Shown: positions 1 to 7,975 of the stretch, piece after piece
How positions within the stretch are numbered: position 1 is the stretch's first letter
Layout: each line of letters opens with the position of its first letter
Source of the DNA: Actinomycetota bacterium
Lineage (GTDB): Bacteria; Actinomycetota; Thermoleophilia; Solirubrobacterales; 70-9
Direction: 5' to 3'
Length of the DNA stretch: 64,000 nucleotides
Assembly (NCBI GenBank): GCA_018268575.1
Contig: JAFDWF010000208.1
Span: forward strand, 1,540-65,539
Program-made: the position numbers and the translations under genes
The notes under the pieces: model-generated
Seen by the model: the letters and a program-made list of their open reading frames with translations, nothing else
Databases searched by the model: none
Told to the model about the DNA's origin: nothing

Positions 1-352
1 CGCGGGTCGCGAGGATCCGGTGGTCGGGCCCCTCGCCCCCGCCTTCGAGGCCTTTCAGTGGCACAGCTACGAGTTCCCGCTCCCGCCCGGGGCGGCGGCG
101 CTCGCGCGCAGCGAGGTCTCCTTGCAGGCCGCCCGCATCGGCGAGTCGGCCTGGGCGATGCAGTTCCACCCCGAGGTGACGAAGGCCGACGCGCTGCGCT
201 GGACCGCCGACTTCGGATCGGACGCCGACGCGGTCCGGATCGGGGTCGACCCCGACGCGCTGGCGCTCGAGATCGAGGCGAAGATGGATGCCTTCAACGA
301 GCTCGGCCGGGGTATCTGCCGACGCTGGCTGGACGTGGCGGCCGGCGCCTAG
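1..352 (+). CDS. Class I glutamine amidotransferase-like protein, C-terminal part (5' end cut by window edge)
   Basis: The frame is open from nt 2. The translation ...FQWHSYEF...AMQFHPEV... resembles the C-terminal His/Glu (xFHPE) region of GATase1-type amidotransferases. GC3 is high. Confidence 0.6.
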   Translation, partial: AGREDPVVGPLAPAFEAFQWHSYEFPLPPGAAALARSEVSLQAARIGESAWAMQFHPEVTKADALRWTADFGSDADAVRIGVDPDALALEIEAKMDAFNELGRGICRRWLDVAAGA

Positions 353-362
353 CCGGGGGCGC

Positions 363-1118
363 TCAGGGGGTTGCCGGCTCCGAGATGACCAGCCGCAGAG
401 CGCCCTGGTAGCTCTCCAGCTGCCGCAGCGTGCCGTTCTCCTCGTCCCACCTGCCCGATTCCAGATCAACGGCGAGGTGGGCGAAGATCGACTCCTCGAC
501 CTGAGGATCGACCAGTTCCCAGATCGATTGGGATGCGCGGACGGTCGGGTCGAGGAGCAGCTCGGGACGGTTCCAGTAGGACTCGAAGAAGCCGTCGGTG
601 CAGTCGGCCGGGGTCGGGATCGTCTCCACCCGCACCTTCCCGCCCAGCTCCGCGGCGACCTCCTCTACCGTGCCGAAGCGGGGCTGCTCGATCGCCACCG
701 CCTCGCGGAAGTGGTCACGCTGCCAGCCGATCAGGTGGTCGAGGTCGAAGGTGAAGACGACCACCGGGCCGCGGGCGACGCGGCGCAGCTCGGCGAGGCC
801 GGCGGCGCGGTCGCGCCAGTGGTGGATCGTCACGCAGGCCATCGCCGCGTCGACCGCGTCGTCGTCGAGCGGCAGCGATTCCGCGGTGGCGGCAAGGCAT
901 GGGGCGGCATCGATCGGCCGCTGGGCGCGCATCGTCGCGCTCGGCTCGGCCGCCAGCAGCCAGCGGTCGCGCGGCTCGTAGGAGCCCGCCCCGGCGCCGA
1001 CGTTCAGCACCGTCCGCGCATGCCCCAGCGCCGCCTGGATCCGCGCCGCGATCCGCGGATCGGCGCGCCGCCGCTGTGCGTATCCCTTGCCGTGGGTGTC
1101 GTAGTCGACCTGCGTCAC
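363..1118 (-). CDS. Class I SAM-dependent methyltransferase (Methyltransf_11-like)
   Basis: 251-aa ORF. 'VLNVGAGAGSYEP' matches SAM-binding motif I (GxGxG). It is the last gene of the minus-strand operon. Confidence 0.8.
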   Translation of the reverse strand: MTQVDYDTHGKGYAQRRRADPRIAARIQAALGHARTVLNVGAGAGSYEPRDRWLLAAEPSATMRAQRPIDAAPCLAATAESLPLDDDAVDAAMACVTIHHWRDRAAGLAELRRVARGPVVVFTFDLDHLIGWQRDHFREAVAIEQPRFGTVEEVAAELGGKVRVETIPTPADCTDGFFESYWNRPELLLDPTVRASQSIWELVDPQVEESIFAHLAVDLESGRWDEENGTLRQLESYQGALRLVISEPATP

Positions 1119-1131
1119 CGCAGGCCGAACG

Positions 1132-1908
1132 CTAGTCCACCTGCCCGGGCGTGATGTACGCAGAGCTCAGCCCGCCGTCGACCATGAAGGTCGAGGCGGT
1201 GACGAAGCTCGACTCCTCGCTCGCCAGGAAGAGCGCCGCGGCGGCGATCTCCTCGGGCTCGCCGAAGCGCCCCATCGGCACGTGCACGAGCCGCTTCGCC
1301 GCCCGCTCGGGGTCCTTGGCGAAGAGCTCCTTCAGGAGCGGCGTGTCGACCGGGCCCGGGCAGAGCGCGTTGACCCGCACCCCGCGGGCGGCGAACTCCA
1401 CCCCGAGCTCGCGGGAGAGCGACAGCACCGCCCCCTTGGAGGCGGTGTAGGAGGCCTGCGAGACCGCCGCGCCCATCACCGCGACGAAGCTCGCCACGTT
1501 GACCACCGAGCCGCCGCCCGCCTCGAGCATGTGCGGGATGGCGTGCTTGCAGCAGAGGAAGACGCCGCGCAGGTTGACGTCCTGGACGCGCTGCCAGGAC
1601 CCGAGGCTCGTCTCGGTCACCGAGCCGTCGTCGGTCGGGTTGATCCCGGCGTTGTTCATCAGCACGTCGATGCGGCCGTACTCCTCGACCGCCCGGTCCA
1701 TCGCCGCCCTCACCTCGGCCTCCTCGGCGACGTCGGCGGCGATCGTGAGGGCCCCGGCGGCCTGCTCGGCGTCGAGGTCGATCCCGACCACGGTCGCGCC
1801 CTCGTCGGCGAAGAGGCGCGCCGAGCAGGCGCCGATCCCGCTCGCCGTCCCGGTGATCACGCAGACCTTGCCCGCCAGCCGTCCCGCCGTGGTCCCCTCG
1901 CCGGTCAT
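1132..1908 (-). CDS. Short-chain dehydrogenase/reductase (SDR)
   Basis: 258 aa with 'VITGTASGIG' (TGxxxGxG), 'NNAG' and 'YTASKGAV' (YxxxK). The start overlaps the stop of the upstream ALDH gene (ATGA). Confidence 0.9.
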   Translation of the reverse strand: MTGEGTTAGRLAGKVCVITGTASGIGACSARLFADEGATVVGIDLDAEQAAGALTIAADVAEEAEVRAAMDRAVEEYGRIDVLMNNAGINPTDDGSVTETSLGSWQRVQDVNLRGVFLCCKHAIPHMLEAGGGSVVNVASFVAVMGAAVSQASYTASKGAVLSLSRELGVEFAARGVRVNALCPGPVDTPLLKELFAKDPERAAKRLVHVPMGRFGEPEEIAAAALFLASEESSFVTASTFMVDGGLSSAYITPGQVD

Positions 1909-3272
1909 CGGCCCTCCGCGGTCGCATAGTAGACGTTCTTCAGCTCGGTGTAGTGCTCGAGCGCGTCGGGGCCGAGCTCGCGGCCGACGCCCGACTGCTT
2001 GAAGCCGCCGAACGGGGTCGAGACCCGCACCGAGCTGTTCGAGTTGATCGAGATCACGCCGGTCTCGATCGCCCGGGCGACGCGCAGGGCGCGCGCCCCG
2101 TCGCGGGTCCAGACCGATCCGGAGAGGCCGTAGATGGTTGCGTTGGCGAGCTCGATCGCCTCCGCCTCGCCGCTGAACGGGATCACCGAGACGACCGGAC
2201 CGAAGATCTCCTCGCGGGCGGCGCGGTCCTCGTTGGCGACCGGGGCGAGGACGACCGGGGCGAACCAGTAGCCGTCACCGTCGGGGGCCGAGCCGCGGAT
2301 CGCGACCGGCGCGTCGTCGGGGACGAAGGAGGCGACCGACTCGCGCTGCCCGGCCGAGATCAGCGGCCCCATCTGGGTCGACTCCTCGAGCGGGTCGCCG
2401 ACCTTGATCCCCTCGACCACCGGCGCCATCGCGCTCAAGAAGTCGTCGAGGACCTCGCGCTCGACCAGGATCCGCGAGCGCGCGCAGCAGTCCTGCCCGG
2501 CGTTGTCGAAGACCGCCCAGGGCGCCGCCTGCGCTGCCGCCTCGATGTCGGCATCGGCGAAGACGACGTTGGCCGACTTGCCGCCCAGCTCGAGCGTCAC
2601 CCGCTTGATCGTCTCCGCCGCGCCGCGGGCGATCCCCCGGCCGACCTCGGTCGAGCCGGTGAAGGCGATCTTGGCGACGTCGGGATGCTCGACCAGCCGG
2701 CTGCCGCAGACGCTGCCCGGGCCGACGACGACGTTCAGGACCCCCTCCGGGATCCCCGCCTCGAGCGCGATCCGCTCCAGTCGGGTCGCCGTCAGCGGGG
2801 TCAGCTCGGCGGGCTTCAGCACGATCGTGTTGCCCGCCGCGAGCGCCGGCGCCACCTTCCAGGAGGCGATCGTCAGGGGGAAGTTCCAGGGCACGATCAG
2901 CCCGACCACGCCGAGCGGCTCGCGGAAGGTCATGTCGACCCCGCCCGCCACCGGGATCGTCTTGCCGAGCAGGCGCTCCGGCGCCCCCGCGTAGTAGCGG
3001 AAGGTGTCGATCGCCATGCCGATCTCCCCCCGGGCGGAGGCGATCGGCTTGCCCGCGTTACGCGCCTCGAGCTGGGCGAGCTCCTCGTGTCGGTCGGCGA
3101 GCGCGTCGGCGAGGCGGTGGATCAGCATCGCCCGGTCGCCGGGGGCGACGTCGCGCCAGGCCGGGAACGCCGCCTTCGCCCGCGCGACCGCGGCGTCGAC
3201 CTCTTCGACCCCGGCCCGCGGGAGCTCCGCCATCGGCCGGGCGGTCGCGGGCTCGATCACGGAGAGCGTCAT
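1905..3272 (-). CDS. NAD(P)-dependent aldehyde dehydrogenase
   Basis: 455 aa with 'ELGGKSA', 'GQDCCARSR' (catalytic Cys region) and 'PFGGFKQSGVGRE'. It has a 4-nt overlap with the upstream gene. Confidence 0.9.
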   Translation of the reverse strand: MTLSVIEPATARPMAELPRAGVEEVDAAVARAKAAFPAWRDVAPGDRAMLIHRLADALADRHEELAQLEARNAGKPIASARGEIGMAIDTFRYYAGAPERLLGKTIPVAGGVDMTFREPLGVVGLIVPWNFPLTIASWKVAPALAAGNTIVLKPAELTPLTATRLERIALEAGIPEGVLNVVVGPGSVCGSRLVEHPDVAKIAFTGSTEVGRGIARGAAETIKRVTLELGGKSANVVFADADIEAAAQAAPWAVFDNAGQDCCARSRILVEREVLDDFLSAMAPVVEGIKVGDPLEESTQMGPLISAGQRESVASFVPDDAPVAIRGSAPDGDGYWFAPVVLAPVANEDRAAREEIFGPVVSVIPFSGEAEAIELANATIYGLSGSVWTRDGARALRVARAIETGVISINSNSSVRVSTPFGGFKQSGVGRELGPDALEHYTELKNVYYATAEGR

Positions 3273-3997
3273 GCGCCGACCCGCTCCCGCGCCGCGTCCA
3301 CCAGCGCCGGGATGATCTCCGACGCCTCGTCCTCCTCGGGGTGCCAGACCACGCCGAGGGCGAAGCGGCGGTCGGGCAGCTCGATCGCCTCGACGATCTC
3401 GTCGTCGACCGACCAGCCGCTCACCTCGAGGCCCTCCCCCAGGCGGTCCACGCCCTGGTGGTGGTGCGACATCACCAAGAGCCCGTCGGCCCCCGCCGCA
3501 CCGCAGGCGAGCGACCCCTCCGCCAGGCGCACCCGGTGGGTGCCGAAGCTGCCGGCTATGGAGCGGTGGCGCCCGTCGCCGATCGATTCGGGCAGGTGCT
3601 GGTCGAGCGTGCCACCCAGCGCCACGTTGATCAGCTGCATGCCGCGGCAGATCCCCAGCACCGGCATGTCGCGCTCCAGCGCCCGCCGGGTAAGCGCCAG
3701 CTCGAAGCGGTCGCGGTCGGGCCAGGTCCCCTTCGTCTCCGGGTGCGGCTCGGCCCCGTAGCTCGCCGGATCGATGTCGGCGCCGCCCGCCAGGACCAGG
3801 CCGTCGATCCGGTCGAGCAACAGGTCGGGGTCCTCGACGGCGGCCTCGTCGGGCGGCAGCACCAGCGCGATCCCCCCCGCCCGCTGCACCGCGCGGACGT
3901 AGTTGCGCGGCGCCAGCGTCACTTCGTAGCCGTCCCAGACTCCCCAGGAGACGCGCTCCACGGCGGCACAGATCCCGACGGCAGGGGCGGCGCTCAA
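3269..3997 (-). CDS. Gamma-glutamyl-amine hydrolase (peptidase C26 / class I GATase, PuuD-like)
   Basis: Track ORF 3269..5047 was trimmed to the TTG at 3997, which overlaps the upstream stop (TTGA). Motifs are 'MPVLGICRGMQLINVALGG' (nucleophile Cys), 'SHHHQG' and 'GVVWHPE'. A GTG a few codons downstream is an alternative start. Confidence 0.8.
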   Translation of the reverse strand: MSAAPAVGICAAVERVSWGVWDGYEVTLAPRNYVRAVQRAGGIALVLPPDEAAVEDPDLLLDRIDGLVLAGGADIDPASYGAEPHPETKGTWPDRDRFELALTRRALERDMPVLGICRGMQLINVALGGTLDQHLPESIGDGRHRSIAGSFGTHRVRLAEGSLACGAAGADGLLVMSHHHQGVDRLGEGLEVSGWSVDDEIVEAIELPDRRFALGVVWHPEEDEASEIIPALVDAARERVGA

Positions 3998-5322
3998 AGT
4001 CGCTCGAACCCCCGGTAGCGCTCCCAGTCGGTGACCGCCCCCTCGAAGGCGTCGATCTCGACCTTGGCCCGGTTCAGGTAGTGCTCGATGACCTCGGCGC
4101 CGAAGGCCTCGGCGGCCACCGCGCTCGCGGCGAAGGCGGCGCGGGCGTCGTAGATGTTGTGCGGGACGCGCGGCTTGTCGGAGGTGTAGGCGTTGCCCTC
4201 GAAGGCGGGCTCGAGCTCCAGCTCCTGGTCGATCCCGTGCAGGCCGGCGGCGATCAGCGCGGCGAGCGCCAGGTAGGGATTGACGTCGGCGCCCGGCAGC
4301 CGGTTCTCCACCCGCAGCCCTTCGCCGTGGCCGACCACCCGCAGCGAGCAGGTGCGGTTGTCCTTGCCCCAGGCGATCGCGGTCGGCGCGAAGGAGCCGG
4401 CGGCGAAGCGTTTGTAGGAGTTGACGTGCGGCGCGTAGAGCAGGGTGAGCTCGCGCATGCAGGCGAGCTGGCCGGCGATGAAGCCCTCGAACAGCTTCTG
4501 GTCGGCGGCGAAGGCGTTGGTCCCGTCGGCGTTCGCCAGCGAGCAGTGGATGTGGCACGAGTTCCCCTCGCGGCCGTTGAACTTCGCCATGAAGGTGATC
4601 GCCATCTCCTCCTGGGCGGCGATCTCCTTGGCGCCGTTCTTGTAGACCGCGTGGTTGTCGGCGCTCGCCAGCGCGGTCTCGTAGCGGAAGTTGACCTCGT
4701 GCTGGCCGAGATTGCACTCGCCCTTGGAGTTCTCCACGGTCAGCCCGGCGCCGCCCATCTCGTTGCGGATCCGCCGGATCAGCGGCTCCACCCGGGCGGT
4801 CCCCAGCAGCGAGTAGTCGATGTTGTAGAGGTTGGCCGGCTCGAGGTCGTGGAAGCCCTTCTTCCAGGCCCCCTCGTAGGTGTCGCGGAAGACGATGAAC
4901 TCGAGCTCGGTGGCGGCGTTGGCGCTCATCCCGCGTTTCTCCAGGCGCTCCAGCTGCCGGCGCAGGATCTGCCGCGGCGAGGCGGCGACGTCGCGGCCGT
5001 CGGGCCACTGCAGGTCGGCGAGCAGCATCGCCGTCCCCGGCAGCCACGGCACCATCCGCAGGGTGGCGAGGTCGGGGACCATCTCGAAGTCGCCGTAGCC
5101 GGTCTCCCAGGAGGACATCGCGTAGCCGCCGACCGTTTCCATGTCGACGTCGACCGCGAGCAGGTAGTTGCAGCCCTCGGCGCCGTGCTCGAGCACCTCG
5201 CCGAGGAAGTGCGCGGCGGCCAGCCGCTTGCCCTGCAGGCGTCCCTCCATATCGGCGATCGCCAGCAGCACGGTGTCCACCGTGCCGTCGGCGACCGCCT
5301 TTTCGAGCTCTTCGACGGTCAC
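3994..5322 (-). CDS. Glutamine synthetase family protein (gamma-glutamyl-amine ligase, PuuA/GlnA-like)
   Basis: Trimmed to GTG 5322, 10 nt after the permease stop. GS catalytic-domain blocks are present: 'ELEFIVF', 'NSCHIHCSL', 'NSYKRF', 'NRTCSLRV' and 'ENRLPGADVNPYLA'. Confidence 0.85.
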   Translation of the reverse strand: MTVEELEKAVADGTVDTVLLAIADMEGRLQGKRLAAAHFLGEVLEHGAEGCNYLLAVDVDMETVGGYAMSSWETGYGDFEMVPDLATLRMVPWLPGTAMLLADLQWPDGRDVAASPRQILRRQLERLEKRGMSANAATELEFIVFRDTYEGAWKKGFHDLEPANLYNIDYSLLGTARVEPLIRRIRNEMGGAGLTVENSKGECNLGQHEVNFRYETALASADNHAVYKNGAKEIAAQEEMAITFMAKFNGREGNSCHIHCSLANADGTNAFAADQKLFEGFIAGQLACMRELTLLYAPHVNSYKRFAAGSFAPTAIAWGKDNRTCSLRVVGHGEGLRVENRLPGADVNPYLALAALIAAGLHGIDQELELEPAFEGNAYTSDKPRVPHNIYDARAAFAASAVAAEAFGAEVIEHYLNRAKVEIDAFEGAVTDWERYRGFERL

Positions 5323-5332
5323 GCGAAGAAGA

Positions 5333-6928
5333 CTACGGAGCAGAGGTCTGCGGGTCGGGGCTCTCTCCCAGCGCTTCCTCGATGTCGATCTCGCGGATCT
5401 GCCCGGTGAAGTGCCTGCGGGCACTGACCAGCCAGGTGATCGCGGCGCCGAGGATCACTACCGCGACAGCCAACGGCGCGTAGTTGAACGCCTCCCAGCT
5501 GAATTCGCTGTTCCACGGCACCGCTTCCGGCGTGAACGGCAGGCAGAAGATGATCGTGATCAGGATCACCCAGAAGGTCGCAAAGCTGTTCATCCACTTG
5601 TACTTGCGACCGTTGTTCCACGGGCCCGCCTGGAACTCGTCGCCTTTGCGCCAACGCAGGAAGATCGGGATCACGTAGGCGATGTAGAGGCCGATGACGG
5701 TGATCGAGACGACCGCGTAGAAGGCAAACGGGACGGCTTCGCCGTTGGACTTGCCCTGCAGCGCGGGCAGGGTGATGATCAAGGCGAGCGCCGCCATCAT
5801 CAGGACCGCATAGATGGGGACCCGCTTCGAGTTGACCGTGGAGAGTTTCGACGAGGCCCGTTTGCCGAAGCCGTTGTCGCGCGAGAACGCATAACACATG
5901 CGCGAGGCGCTGGTCAGACAGGCCGCGCCGCAGAAGAGCTGGCCGACGACGGAGATGATCAGGACGAACTTGCCCCAGCCACTGCCGAGCGCTTCGACCA
6001 GCAGCGTCGGTGCGAAGCCGAACGCTTCGTTGGCGCCTTTGACGTTGGTGACCGCGAAGGTGATCGCCAGCAGCACGATCCAGCCGATCACCGCCGAGTA
6101 GAAGATCGATCTCCAGACTCCCTTCGCGGCCGCGGTCGAGGCACCGTGGGTCTCCTCGGAGATGTGCGCCGAGGCATCGAAGCCGGTGATCGTGTATTGG
6201 GTCAGCAGGAAGCCGAGTGGCAGGACGTAGAACCAGAACATGCTGCCGCTGAAGCCACTTTGGTTGATCCGGTGGCCGAAGACGAAGCTGAAGCTCTGGT
6301 GGCCGCTGGGGACGAAGATCAGGACGACGACGATCGCCGCGACACCGATCACGTGCCACCAGACCGAGACGTTGTTGATCCGCGCCAGCAGGTGGGTGTT
6401 GCGGACGTTGAGGAAGACGTGGATCAGCAGGATGATCACGAAGAGCAGGAAGACCTCGGCGAGGACGTGGGATTCGTCGGCGAAGTTGATCCCGAAGATG
6501 TTCACTTCGTAGAGGCCGAGGACGACGTTGAGGAAGGTCGCGGCCGCGTAGTCGACCGAGGCGACGACGGCGATCAGGCCGATCAGGTTGAACCAGCCGG
6601 TGAACCAGGCCCAGACCGGGCCGCCGAGCCGGCCCGCCCACCAGTAGATGCCACCGGCGGTCGGGTAGGCGGAGACCAGCTCCGACATGCAGAAGCCGAT
6701 GATCAGGATCGGGATCGAGATCAGTGGCCAGCCGATCGAGATCGCGATCGGGCCGCCGTTGTTCCAGGCCTGGCCGTAGGTGGTGAAGCAGCCGGCCAGG
6801 ATCGAGATGATCGTGAACGAGATCGCGAAGTTGGAGAAGCCGCTCCAGGCGCGGTTGAGCGACTGCTTGTAGCCGAGTTCTGCGAGGCGCTTCTCGTCGC
6901 TGTCGATCGGAACGCTGCTGCTCTCCAC
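5333..6928 (-). CDS. APC-family amino acid/amine permease
   Basis: Track ORF 5333..8026 was trimmed to GTG 6928, which has GAGGAG about 6 nt upstream. The 531-aa product is highly hydrophobic (about 12 TM segments by eye) with APC-type N-terminal blocks ('FSNFAISFTIISILAG', 'ELVSAYPTAGGIYWW'). Confidence 0.85.
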   Translation of the reverse strand: MESSSVPIDSDEKRLAELGYKQSLNRAWSGFSNFAISFTIISILAGCFTTYGQAWNNGGPIAISIGWPLISIPILIIGFCMSELVSAYPTAGGIYWWAGRLGGPVWAWFTGWFNLIGLIAVVASVDYAAATFLNVVLGLYEVNIFGINFADESHVLAEVFLLFVIILLIHVFLNVRNTHLLARINNVSVWWHVIGVAAIVVVLIFVPSGHQSFSFVFGHRINQSGFSGSMFWFYVLPLGFLLTQYTITGFDASAHISEETHGASTAAAKGVWRSIFYSAVIGWIVLLAITFAVTNVKGANEAFGFAPTLLVEALGSGWGKFVLIISVVGQLFCGAACLTSASRMCYAFSRDNGFGKRASSKLSTVNSKRVPIYAVLMMAALALIITLPALQGKSNGEAVPFAFYAVVSITVIGLYIAYVIPIFLRWRKGDEFQAGPWNNGRKYKWMNSFATFWVILITIIFCLPFTPEAVPWNSEFSWEAFNYAPLAVAVVILGAAITWLVSARRHFTGQIREIDIEEALGESPDPQTSAP

Positions 6929-6992
6929 TGGATCTCCTCTTCCCCGGGGTCGACCTACGCGATAAAAGGTGTGGTGAGCCAACCTAAGGGCT

Positions 6993-7018
6993 CCGAACGA
7001 GACTAATGTTGCGTTCGG
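6993..7018. promoter_or_regulatory. 7-bp inverted repeat (ccgaacg-N12-cgttcgg) in the divergent permease/kinase promoter region
   Basis: Read directly from the sequence. It lies in a locally AT-richer part of the 108-bp divergent intergenic region. It is a candidate operator, for example for the nearby GntR regulator, but this is unproven. Confidence 0.2.
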
Positions 7019-7036
7019 GATCGTGTCAATGCCTAC

Positions 7037-7975
7037 TTGGAGAAATTTCTCCGAAGACCTTTGGCCCTGGCGGCAGACATCGTGGAGAGACTGGAGCAGC
7101 AGCTCGGCGCCGCCGAAGGCGAGCCGACCGTGCTCGGCGGCGGGATCACCAACCACAACTTCCGCGCCCGGTTCGGCGGCCGCGAGGTGGTGGTGCGGCT
7201 GCCCGGCAACGACACCGAGCTGCTCGGCTCCGATCGCCCGGGGGAGCGCGAGGCGAACTCGCTGGCGGCCGCGGTCGGGGTGGCGCCGGCGGTGCTCGCC
7301 CACCTCGAGGACCCGGTGGTGCTGGTGACCGAATTCGTCGAGGGGCCGACGATGGAGTCTGCCGAGCTGCGCGAGCCGCGGGCGCTCGCCGGGGTGGCGG
7401 CGGCGCTGCGGAAGATTCACAGCTGCGACGCCCGCCTGGCGGCCCGCTTCGACGCCTTCCGGCTGGTCGAGGAGTACGCCGCGACGAGCCGGTCGCGGGG
7501 CGGCGAGGTGCCGGCCGCCTACGAGCGCGCCCACGCCGCGGCGGCCCGGATCGAGGCGGCGCCGGCGCTCGACGGCGGCGCCCCGGTCCTCTGCCACGAC
7601 GACCTCCTCCCCGCCAACTTCATCGCCACGCCCGCCGGGATCCGGATCGTCGACTGGGAGTACGCGGGGATGGGCAACCGCTGGTTCGACCTCGGCAACT
7701 TCGCCGTCAACAACGAGCTCGGCCTGGCCGAGGAGGAGGTTTTCTTGAGCGTCTACCTGGGCACCGCGCCCTCCCCCGCCGACCTTGCCGCGCTGCGCTT
7801 GATGCGGCTGATGTCCGACTTCCGCGAGGCGATGTGGGGGGTCGTCCAGCAGGCGATCTCCGACCTCGACTTCGACTTTGAGGAGTACGCGACGAAGCAC
7901 TTCGACCGTCTGCTGGCGGCAATCGAGAGCCCCGGGTTCGAGGCGATGCTGGAGGACGCCGGTGCCGCGCGCTGA
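7037..7975 (+). CDS. Phosphotransferase, choline/ethanolamine kinase-like (APH fold)
   Basis: Motifs are 'GGGITNHNF', 'LCHDDLLPANF' (HxDxxxxN catalytic loop) and 'IVDWEYAG'. The start is TTG 7037 from the track; GTG 7082 is an in-frame alternative. Confidence 0.8.
   Translation: MEKFLRRPLALAADIVERLEQQLGAAEGEPTVLGGGITNHNFRARFGGREVVVRLPGNDTELLGSDRPGEREANSLAAAVGVAPAVLAHLEDPVVLVTEFVEGPTMESAELREPRALAGVAAALRKIHSCDARLAARFDAFRLVEEYAATSRSRGGEVPAAYERAHAAAARIEAAPALDGGAPVLCHDDLLPANFIATPAGIRIVDWEYAGMGNRWFDLGNFAVNNELGLAEEEVFLSVYLGTAPSPADLAALRLMRLMSDFREAMWGVVQQAISDLDFDFEEYATKHFDRLLAAIESPGFEAMLEDAGAAR

Noticed and set aside
3998-5047. Long N-terminal extensions of track ORFs, for example 3269..5047, 5333..8026, 15383..17614, 20524..22500, 23480..25219, 24931..27894, 37613..38845, 50216..51877, 59252..61009 and 62201..63352.
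   Set aside because: The extensions run through the well-supported upstream gene in another frame and are low-complexity. In each case a start codon at a stop/start overlap or next to an SD-like motif reproduces the family-typical N terminus, so I trimmed the calls.
6929-7036. Possible riboswitch or leader upstream of the permease or kinase genes; likewise upstream of the MFS, mce and hemB genes.
   Set aside because: I could not recognise any known riboswitch consensus (glycine, TPP, SAM, cobalamin and others) in these regions. Only short inverted repeats are present, and they are listed as low-confidence regulatory candidates.
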